From: Tetramitus jugosus
Taxonomy: Eukaryota > Protista > Heterolobosea
Length of the DNA stretch: 64,000 bases
Reading direction: 5' to 3'
Assembly: GCA_937625935.1 (NCBI GenBank)
Contig: OW569366.1
Span: forward strand, 62,001-126,000
This document shows positions 33,901 to 43,600 of the stretch, piece after piece (position 1 is the first letter of the stretch; each line of letters starts with the position of its first letter). Below the pieces are notes generated by a model, which worked only from the letters and a program-made list of their open reading frames with translations, was not told where the DNA came from and searched no databases. Made by a program: the position numbers and the translations under genes.

Positions 33901-34322
33901 GTGGTATTACAAACAGGGACCAATTGGTCCTGGACAACAAGCTCAAAAGTCTGAAGGACATCAGAATTGATTTCCCGGGGTGCAAGATCGGGACAAGATC
34001 TCATGAGATGCTGAAAATCGTGGTGTCACAAATGAACGGTTGTGAGTGTCAATCACAAAGGGAGGATCCCTCCAGCAGTAACGCAGAATCCCTCATGATG
34101 GGGGACTCCCGTATCGAGAGCAGAGAGCAGCTACAGTCAATGATGGATCAACAAAGGACCGAAAGAATCTCGGGAATGGGGCTCTACTGGCTGCAAGCTG
34201 ATGCAATACGAAGCGGAGCTGACTTCAGCTTTCTGAAGTACCCACACAAGATCAATAGGCAAGTGGAGTGGTTCTTCACACAAAAGAGACAAAGCGCTGT
34301 CTATATGGCAAGGATGAAGTGA
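30939..34322 (+). CDS. LINE-A ORF2: AP-endonuclease + reverse transcriptase; continues, disrupted, to 34729 with CX2CX8HX4C
   Basis: APE motifs WYNINGI, LLQE, GGDHN, SRIDH, SDH. RT motifs PGPDG, YRPICLL, DISKAFDSV, GTRQGDSLSP, YIDD. CERCLKEPETIQHCLIRC lies in a shifted frame at about 34331. Confidence 0.93.
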   Translation: MLKVMWYNINGIKGKANDVVDFLESEQIDVLLLQEATNIDEYWLKTISKKLMRIQCILVCEVPNKHLAAIIRTTTVPSYGVMHSGDRLQVLKITTVNESFVVANHYGPHKKDREHYKLFGETVSKFANEGKFLLGGDHNAVTVASDRSQKRLDENSALLLQALMENNLQDVNELKGVERFHTFYRSGSSSRIDHVWCNRAGGEAINTIEMFTRNGVHSDHFLTMITLRTDTQRSLNHNRTVYRFPKNKEDPKWLRYGAELISVLENNLLNTIEDVDEQCRIITSSIFNQAKVFEHAGEVKIWRNSRAVKRLLKRREVLVKFLANREWTGEVESMCGWDTIDSRESRVWYSLKKVSESLHKVRAHKANQKFRKWEWKARTSEFSDPSSFFSASTAKKSSRVRLSRVKVGGIEHMDDATVGEVAAEYFEGAFAPAVADMTYLDGLRSSGNRDLIQQAFTPITTEEVSKAVGWLRNRKCPGPDGIHNEMLKVPCTKKRDYRWELSDILAGFFNNITKQGKFPAMWKEATIISAYKKGDATNPANYRPICLLSTVSKLYTKLINRRISVAAETGGIFSNVQGGGRKFRDIREKLSIVRGIIDHANRENKQLFLLLTDISKAFDSVPHNAIKAIYEFFEFPDNVVRLVSGMVENNFAGVLTRAVSRRFPIGKGTRQGDSLSPTTYILVHQTVLMYVDRKVLGYRAMSQGLWNAAYIDDCNLFAESRADIERAAQAMSEVLSLRMSMHPDKLELYVRQMEKDTGYDIEVDGTVVPARDSSRVFRALGLFTNLKGNTKQQIEQAWNKSQRVVTRLKMMKLTPRQVARVVNTCIHPIFKYASEFTDWTDGWILKVNRLGRMLVKHGSVAMKRFPSELLPVSSDRGSIGLNDIEETITTQTAWFVSTMVSGKRDTEAKQLLLDTLEEIKQKQTFQSENVFQSSNRLEHAKHSYMKWCALRMHRYNIKLGKERVYNNCDDCNIARYVPSVILKRLYLGGITNRDQLVLDNKLKSLKDIRIDFPGCKIGTRSHEMLKIVVSQMNGCECQSQREDPSSSNAESLMMGDSRIESREQLQSMMDQQRTERISGMGLYWLQADAIRSGADFSFLKYPHKINRQVEWFFTQKRQSAVYMARMK

Positions 34323-34877
34323 TGGAAAGATGTGAGCGATGTCTCAAAGAGCCAGAGACGATACAACACTGTCTCATACGTTGTCCAAGGGCCATCGTGC
34401 GCCGAAGATGACTGGCATTGTCAGTAGGTAAAGACCTTGACAAGCTGGGTATTCATCATAAGCAGCAAATCAATATATGGTTTGATAATGTTGTGTGGAA
34501 GGATGGTAAAGTCTCTGTGAGAGAAAATCGTAAGACAAGCAAGGAGTTCCTATCTGGTATGATGGGGGTTGAAAATGAAGCAGTGGAACAAGTAACAAAA
34601 GGTTTGAAAATGAACGGTGTGAAGAAGGTCATGGCGGAAAAGAAAGCGAAATCGTTCGTGAACAGGGTGAAGAGGAGGTGCGTCGACACCCTTCATCGCC
34701 TATTCATCTCCCACAAGGAAGACACATAACAATGACGCTCTACGAGCGTCATTGTGAGAAATGAAAAGTAACGGAGGAGATAACGCTCTTCGAGCGTTAT
34801 CCAGTGTAAATAGTCAGAAAATAAAATCGGAGCAACCGAAATGGTTGTATTAAAAAAAAAAAAAAACATTTAAAAAC

Positions 34878-37800
34878 GCGAACACATGTCACAAGGACCG
34901 TCAGTACAGGCGGTAATGATCCGCAGAAGTCAATATGTTGTATGGACAAAGATGAGCAAAGAAGCAGCTACGAAGAGAGATGAAGTAGTCATCACTATGG
35001 GAGGTGCAGCAATGTAACTCCAGAAGCAATAGCAAACAAACTAGTTGCGGGCTGCTCGGAGTGGGTAGAGAGGGTACAAGTAGTTAGGAGAGGTGAAAGC
35101 TACAAGGCGTGGATAATTGTCAGAGATGACAAAGTTTGGGAATTCATTCAGTGGTTGCAGTTGCACAAAAGTGTTGAAGGATTCCACTGCAAGTGTCAAT
35201 GGAAGAATGAGAGCGACACATGACGTAGTAATTTCCGGAGCTGGGAAGATCAGCAAGGAAGATATTGAAACTTGGGCTGGTCGGGATAACGTGCAACAAG
35301 ACTAGGAAATTTGTTCACAAAACACTCGAACCAATGGATTTATTGAAGAGAAGTGTAGCTCAGCTTCAAAGAGACATGAACAAGATGCTAGATGATTACA
35401 GGAGGAGTGTGGAAGAAATTCGATTTCTTAAGTCGGAAATGATGAAGATGAGACTTCGGGTGAGTAAGCTGGATGGAGCGAACAAAAGCACCATACAAGA
35501 GAAAGTAACTAAACCTAGGGACATACTGGAGGAACCACAAAATGCAGTGCAAACGATGGACGATGATCCGGTGAGCACACCAGTGGCCCAGATAAAAAAC
35601 AGAGGGAAACTAATGATTGATGAAGGTCAGAGGAGAATGGATGATTTTGTAAGCAACAGAGGAAAGAAGCGAGATGCTAGGGAAGTCGACGATGAAGAGG
35701 TACAAAGGAAGATAATTATGACTAATTCCCCTATGGAACGATTCGAGTGAACAGTACTCAAGAGAGTGTGGTTCCACCACAAGAGCTCGGACATAGCGAG
35801 CTATGAGTACGACACTCAATGTCGTTTGGTACAACATCAGAGGGTTAGGAGGGAAACGAAACGATGTTGTTGCCATGATGGAGACGATCCTCCCAAGGAT
35901 TGATGTTCTGATGCTGCAAGAGGCGAGTTGCAAGAGTGAAAAGTTCAAGGCGACTTTTGAAAAGCAGCTGGAGTATGCCGGGTGTATGTTGATACACACC
36001 AACACAGATGACAGAATAATGACGATATTAAGAAGAGAGAGTATTCAAGAGTACAGAACACTGTTGACGAACCAAAGATTGTTGGCTGTAGAGGTGGCAA
36101 GCGGAGATCTGCGAGTCACCCTGGTCAATCATTACGGACCTCACAAAAGAGCTGAAGGCGGACATCACATATGTGATGGTCAATGAGGCATTGAGAGTGC
36201 TCTCATGCAGGGGAAAACTATTGTTTGGTGGGGATCACAATACAGTGATAAACAGTACTGAGCGGACCTCTCAGTTAGATGACAATAGTGCACATTTTAA
36301 GGCAATGGTGGAAGGGTTACAATTGAGCGATGTTAATACGGTTACAGACACACCCCATTTTCACACGTTCTTTAGAGGCGAGTTCTCTTCTCGCATCGAC
36401 TCAGTCTGGTGCAATTCACCAGCCACTGACATTGTTAGAGATGTGGAAAAGTACACAGACAATGGGGTAAGGAGTGATCACATACCTACGATGGTAAAGG
36501 TATGGTGGACAAAGGTGGAGGCACAAGGGCCCACAGAAGAAAAGCCCAAGTTCCCAAAGAGTGACAGCAAGATGTGGATAGAGTACTCTAAAGAGGTGGT
36601 TGAGGAGCTAGATAAAATCAACATGGCGGAAATGGATGTTGATGAACAATGTGACCGGATCACTATGATCTTAAAGGAAAGTGCAAAGAGGTTTCCTAAG
36701 TGTAAACCAATTGCGAGAGGAATTGACAACCGCAGAGTAAAACGTTGGCTGAAGGATAGAATGGTTTTAGTGGAGCGGCTGTCTTCCCATGACACCGGTT
36801 CACCGAAACTCATGAGGGTTTGCAAGGCGTACAATGAGGACTGTACTCTGAGAGGTATTTTGGCATCACTGAAGATTGTCGATGGGCTTGTACAAGTTGA
36901 AAGAGCCCGTAGGGCTAACACGTGGTTTTCCAAGTGGTTGTACAAAGCCAGAACTACAGAATTCGTGGACCCCCGATTCTTCTTCAATGCTGCCACAGGC
37001 AAGAAGGCACTGAGGCTAAGATTCAAGAGTTACAAGAGTGGAGAAAAGGTGATCACTGCCCCGGAAAAGGTAGCTGAGCATGCTGCTGATTACTTTGAGG
37101 AGGTGTTTGAACAAGAATATGCAGACATGACGTTCCTAGACGAGATGAGATGCAGGACTGAGAGTATGGAGGATATTTTTCCCCCGTTCAAGTTGGAGGA
37201 GGTGCTGCAATCCTTAAAGTGGCTGCGAAACGGTAAAGCATCGGGGGTCGACAAGATATTCAATGAAATGCTCAAATTGAGACACACCAAGGAAAGAGAC
37301 TATAGAGTTGAGTTCACAGAGGCGCTGATGACTTTCTTCAATAGAATATTAGAGACCGGGCAATTCCCGTGTGAATGGAAGAGGTGTGTTATAGTTCCGG
37401 CGTACAAGAAGGGCTGCCCTATGATGATAGGGAACTTTCGCCCTATATGCCTGCTCAGCGGTCTATCAAAGGTTTTCACTCGGTTTCTTAACCAAAGAGT
37501 GTCAGCTGCTGCTGAGAAAATGTGTGTATTCAACAACACACAAGGTGGGGATCGTAAAATGCGTGACATCAGAGAAAAGCTGTCCATCATTAGAGGAGTG
37601 ATCGATCACGCAAATAGAAATGATAAGCAGTTGTATCTTCTGCTTACCGACATCTCGAAGGCATTCGACAGTGTACCACACAATGCCGTCACTGCTGCCT
37701 ACCGGTTTTTCAACTTCCCAGAGGGTATCATCACGCTCGTCAGGAACATGTTGGAATCGAATGTGGCAACAGTCGGTACACAACACACATCCCGGTCGAT

Positions 37801-38980
37801 TGATATCAACAGAGGCAAGGGGACTCATTGTCTCCCACGACTTATGTGATAGTCCATCAGCTAGTGTTGCTGTATGCAAAGCTAAGAGCAAGTGGCTACC
37901 AAGCCATGAGCCAGAGAATCTGGAATGTAGCTTACGTAGATGACCTTTTCAGTGATGATCTCCAGGACATCCAGTCGACGGCTAATGATATGTACAGGGC
38001 GCTCAAGTGGGTTGGTCTGAGTATGCACCCAGACAAGCTGGAGTTCTTTGAAAAGTGGGTGAAGCTCCTGTGACGATCAGAGTGGCTGATAAGGTGATTA
38101 CTGCAAAGGACAAACACACAGGCTTTAGAGCACTTGGGCTGTTTACAAACCTCAATGGGGACACAGAGGCCCAGAAGAAGCAAGCAAAGCAGAAGGTATT
38201 GAGAATCCTGAATCGGTTGAGGATGCTGAAGCTGGGACCAAGTCAGGCAGCGAGGATAGTGAACACATGTATCCATCCTGTATTCTTGTTTGCTTCAGAG
38301 TTTACCCATTGGCCAAAGAAATGGCTAAACGAAATCGAGGGTATTGGACGCAAGGCAGTGAAACATGGATCGAGTGCCATGAAAAGGTTTCCCTCTTTGC
38401 TGCTGTCAGTGGAGAGGGACAAAGGAGGTATTGGACTCAATGAATTCAAAGAGAGTTTTTTGAGATCTCTGCCTTTGTCGTGGGGATGCTGCAAGGTAAG
38501 AGAGACACGGAAGCACGGACACTTCTGTTGGATACGCTTGATGATGTCAAGCAATCGCAAACGCTCGTTCGGTCGAGCATATTTCAATCCAACAATCGTC
38601 TTCGTGAGACCAAACACTCTTACCTGTCTTGGTGCGCCAAACTTCTACATGGCTCGAAGGTTAAAGTGGGTCCCAAAGGAGATCATGAATGTGAGAAATG
38701 CAGTATTGGGTGGCATCTCCCTACGGGAGACGCAAAACTACTCATTCAAAGTGGAATTTCCAAAAACTCCCAACTCTTCGATGAGGATGGGATAATGGTT
38801 ATCCCGTTTGAGTAAGCTCACTGTGCGAGTGCGCCGGAGACGATCAGCCACTTACTGGTGGAATGTGATGAAGCCAAAAGGGTAAGGAAAGAACTGGTGG
38901 AGGAATTTAAAGCCAAATTGGACAAGCTGGAGTTTATGAGACCAGTCAAGCTAAAGATATGGTTCGATGATGTGGTTTAC
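34878..38980 (+). mobile_element. LINE-B: older, more decayed related non-LTR element (ORF1 from 34886, ORF2 from 35803)
   Basis: Same APE/RT motifs (WYNIRGL, GGDHN, SRID, DISKAFDSV, YVDD) split by many frameshifts; internal deletion at about 38810; PETISHLLVEC knuckle. Confidence 0.9.
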
Positions 38981-39245
38981 GAGACGATAAGCAGGTTCTC
39001 AATTGAAGGCAAATTTCTTTTAGAAGGATGGAGAACAACCTACAAGACCTCAATGAGCTTAAAGGTGTGGAAAGGTTTCACACATTCTACAGAAGTGGCA
39101 GCTCATCAAGAATTGACCACGTGTGGTGCAACAGAGCAGGAGTTGAGGCTACATGTTTACAAGGAATGTTGTACACAGTGATCACATTCCTACAATGATC
39201 ACACTGAGAACCAATACACAGCCCTCACTGAATCACAGCAGAACA
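38981..39245 (+). mobile_element. LINE-C: fragment of a LINE-A-subfamily APE region
   Basis: Close nucleotide match to 31299-31659 (for example atggagaacaacctacaagac..ggtttcacacattctacagaagtggcagctc), with deletions. Confidence 0.85.
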
Positions 39246-39537
39246 GGGAATATGCATAAGGAGGAACAGACTACCAAACTATGTGTTAGTTTCAATTCCA
39301 GAGTATGGGGGATTCATTTGCTGTAGATCCTGTAAGCGATCCACCTCCGGAGGTATGATCCAGGATCTGTTTAGCTAAGAATATGATACTTCCGAGGATG
39401 ACACGGAATGTCGCAACGAGGAATCCTCTGTTCACATCGTTTGTAAATAAGAGATGAAGTTAGTTAGAACAACATTGTGTTACAAGGAACAAAGTTTGGC
39501 ACCGGATAGACTGGTGCTACTACACTTGTATTAAACA

Positions 39538-40188
39538 TTAAATGTTTCCAGATAAAACATCTTTCCATGATTGACGAGCAGAAATCTTCTCCCACCATAA
39601 CTTGACATGTGGGCGATCATTAATCAATGAAGACAATCCAATCTGCTCATGGAACAAAAAGTTTGCATATGTCAAATGGAAAAGATCAGCCAATGTGAAA
39701 CTATTTCCTCCGATGTACTCTTGCTTGCTCAAAATCTTCTCATACACATCCAAGTATCCAGTGAGCTTTTCTATTTTGTCCTGCACCAGTGCTTCATCTG
39801 CACCACCGAGGCCATTCAATGCTTTGAACACCTTTTCAAAAGTAATAATGGATGTATGTGGATCCCAGTATGACATTTCGATCGATGCTCCCTGTTCAAA
39901 CAGCCCCAACTCTTTCAAATCAGTGGGGATCAATTGCGTTCCACTATCCTTGTATTTTGCTTCAATGTATCGACAAATGGCACGCGATTCGTACACTAAA
40001 AATCCATCTTCATCTTCCAATACTGGCATTAAGCCAAATGGTTGTTTCTCCAGGAATTTCTCGCTCTTCTGTTCTTTATTGTAGAAATCAACGTGAATCA
40101 ATTCATAAGGCACTTGTTTCTCTTTCAGTGTGATGAGCACTCGTTGGGTGGGTGTTGAGGATGCAAAGCCATGAATCTTGAGTACCAT
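39538..40188 (-). CDS. Glutathione S-transferase, Phi-like
   Basis: STPTQRV, QPFGLMPVLED, ESRAICRY, FTLADLFHL and RPHV..WW motifs. Confidence 0.92.
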   Translation of the reverse strand: MVLKIHGFASSTPTQRVLITLKEKQVPYELIHVDFYNKEQKSEKFLEKQPFGLMPVLEDEDGFLVYESRAICRYIEAKYKDSGTQLIPTDLKELGLFEQGASIEMSYWDPHTSIITFEKVFKALNGLGGADEALVQDKIEKLTGYLDVYEKILSKQEYIGGNSFTLADLFHLTYANFLFHEQIGLSSLINDRPHVKLWWEKISARQSWKDVLSGNI

Positions 40189-40653
40189 ATTGTTGTTGAT
40201 TGCTGCGTGAGGACATCTGGGCCTGGGTTCAAGTTTGAACAGTGCATGTTCTCAAGGTTTACAACGACGAAACTTCAACCAACCAAAAACTGTGCCCTGC
40301 AATTAGAAGCAGTTGTGTACAGTTTCTAATTGCAAGGATCTTGAAGGTGATGAGCCGTCTCAAGAGAAGGTGGTTTTGTTACTGTAAAGTTTTTCATAGA
40401 TGGACAAGGATATTCCGCCAAAAAACAAAAAACAGGATCATGGAAGTTATCGATCACAGAAAATTCAGATGTCTCTTCCCCTTGCGCTGTTTTGGCATGT
40501 TCTTTTCTGAATGCCTGGTGGATGTTGTCTGACAGTTGACTTTTATCATTCTCCCTCGGGCTATCGCATGGCGGATCATGGAGGGTATCTGTCTAGAAAA
40601 ACCAACAACTTCTTTTGTCCAACGCGAGGGTAATCAACACATCAGTAACAAAG

Positions 40654-43600
40654 ATGCACTCTGTTCGCAGTACCTGCTGGTCTCTCCATTCATTGGTACT
40701 ATTCATTCTGTTTGTGAGTATGATGCTCCTGTCGTCTGTTCCTCATCAACTCTCAATTGTATTTCTACGTGGAACGATGAACAATCAGAATGGTAACTTG
40801 CTGGTGTCTGGAACAATAAAAAAGTGGAATTACTTGAAAGCTTTTACCAACATAACGGACTTGACCTTACCTGCTCAGTCCATCAAGGAAGGCATACTGA
40901 AGACAGCACCCTATGGAAACAATGAACTGATAATCGTTGGATTCTTGAACTCGTTGGATCGAAATGAGATTGATGGAATTCCTTACGATACTGCATCCTC
41001 ACCAGCGTTCATCTCGAGAGTGAACCGGAACGATGGGAACACAATTAACCGTGTCCAAGTAGGTCTTGCGAACAACACCAATTACTACTATACAAACTTG
41101 CATGTTTCAAGCTCTAGAATATTTGCATCATTCTCAGTGTACTGCACTACCTTGGGAGGTTGCCCATTTTTTGTGGGAGGAGCTTCATTGTTCACAGTGG
41201 ACAATATGATGGGATCCGTTGTTGTGATTGAGTTCGATTCTTCTCTATTGGTCGTCAGGTTCTCAAGTGTGCCGATCCAACAATCACAGTTGTATAGCTG
41301 GGGTCTCGTTTACTCAGTTAAAGAAAACACACTTTTCTTACTGGCTCAATACACGTGCAACGGTGCCTCAGTCGACCTTATGGGACAGACGTATGTCTGT
41401 TCGAACAATGGAGCCCAAACCATATTGATAGCGCTCAAGAGTGGGTCTCTTTTGTGGGTAAGAAACTATGTTGCTACGACACTCAATGGCTTTTGCAAAC
41501 CAGGAGGGCTCTCCCTTGACAGTAATACGAATGACGTATTTGTAGGTATCACAGGGTATTCTACGCAATTTTTAGCAATAGATGGATCAACGCCAGTCGA
41601 TCTGGGTGCAACCAAGGATTCTATTCTACTCTTTGAAAGGCTCTCTGCCTCAAATAAGACGCTCATGTGGCGTCAATCATACGGGAAAATGGACAGCGGT
41701 ATAATCACAGCACTCGACAGCAGTAATGACGGACTTTATGTGGTTGGATTATTTGGTGTTTCTGATCCTTTCAATCTGAATTCACTTTCATGGCCATATT
41801 CTTGTGCGTTTATCTCCAAGCTTAACCCGGTAAACGGTAACTTAGTATGGTTCCGAGTTATATCAGACAATATAGTACTTGCCGGGAATCTGGCGCATAT
41901 GTTAGTTTCTGCACGACCAGATACAAGTCTCTACTTCGCTGTGACATCGTCCGCCTCAAATATATCTCTTTGGTCAAGTGACCAAATTTCGCTTGGGAGT
42001 TTCCCTCGCTCGGCAGGTTACGCTCTATCGACCCTAATCGGAATGCTCGATAGTGAAGGCAACTTTCTCTGGCTTCTTACGCTCCCTGGACGATCAGGTC
42101 AGATATTTAGAAGTATTCATTCACTCGTGGACTCTCCTTCTCTCATTGTATCTGGTATCTATTCCGATACAGAGTCACTCTCAGGTCGAGGAGCTTTACT
42201 AGGTAAACTTGATGTGATTCCACTTTGTACTGGTAATTGCTCGAATGTCGGACTTTGTGTTGCTGATGAGACTTGTGCTTGTAACACTGGATATTATGGA
42301 CAAAACTGCTCTGACTTTTCTTGTTATTCTGTGTCCAGACACTACGATATCGTTTGTTCAGCAAACGGTCGCTGCCTCTCTCCAGATGTCTGTGTGTGTA
42401 ATGAGGGAGCGTATGGGGATGATTGTAGCCAAAGTGCACCATCCGTGACGATTCTCCCTGAAAATCCAGGAACTGTTGGATCGTGTATGGTTCCCAGTTT
42501 TGTACTGGATTTCTCGTTGTCTACATCAGTCTCCTTGCATAATGTCACATGGTCAGTGGTACAAGACAACAAAACAGTCCAACAACAATTCACGTCAGCG
42601 ATTTCTTCTCCCTTTGCTCCATCTATTGAATATCTCCATCATGGCAGTTATTTAATCGTTGCCAAACTTCAATCAGTTGTTTTGGGTAAGAAAAATGTTT
42701 ACATTACAACGGATTCTCAATACTCTGGAATGGCTAGTTGCTCTGTTTGTTCGAATCCGTCGAATACTGAGTGTAGATACAACGTTTTCCTCGGCAACGG
42801 TATTGTGAATGGCTCGCTAATACCAATAAGTCGCATGAAGAAATTCACAATTGATGCATTTGATCAGGACATGACAACCTCAAACGCACAAATTACTGGT
42901 TTACAGTTAGAATGGTTGACCAACATTACGGCAAAAAACAATAATGTGGCATCAACATCTTCCCTTCGGTCTCTTTCTATCTTCCCACTCGATGCAACAT
43001 TAGGGATGAATCCCAACGTACTGATTGGCGTAACCCTACGTTTCAAAGTGCCATACATGGAATGGATGACAATAATTGTCAGGATAAGCACAAATGCATC
43101 TCGAGATATTACTCCTGTCGGTAATACTCCCCTCTCAATCACTCCAGAGGAGGGATATAGTCTGAGAGATGATTTCAACATTCAGGCTACAAATTGGATC
43201 GGATCAAATTTGATCTATTCATTCTCCTATCTAGACTTGTTTAGTAGAGAATACATTAGACTCGGAGAATCTACAAAACCCTCCATTGTCACTGTTTTAC
43301 CATCAGGTAATCAAACCCATTTCGAGCTACATGTCCGAGTTAGAGTCATTAATCCAGATAATGGTGATTTTGGGTTAGCCGAGCGTATCATTCATGTTAA
43401 ACCTTCATTTGTAGGTGGATTGCTCACTCAAAAGTTCGAAGAAGCCATCGAATCAGGAAACTACACGACAACACTCACGATAGCTTCGCAAATCATAGAA
43501 GCATCTCAAACTCAAGTCTTGGAAAATTATGATGAGTTAAAGGTGTTGGTTAGTCGAATTTTGAATTATACAGCATTACTTGTCGATCTCAGCCCAGTAT

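Larger units (their letters stand above)
29642..34866 (+). mobile_element. LINE-A: near full-length non-LTR retrotransposon (ORF1 + APE-RT-CCHC ORF2), L1/TRE-like, mildly decayed
   Basis: Direct repeat catttaaaaac (29631-29641 and 34867-34877); A15 tail at 34852-34866. ORF1 29644-30945 has two frameshifts; ORF2 runs 30939-34729. Confidence 0.93.
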
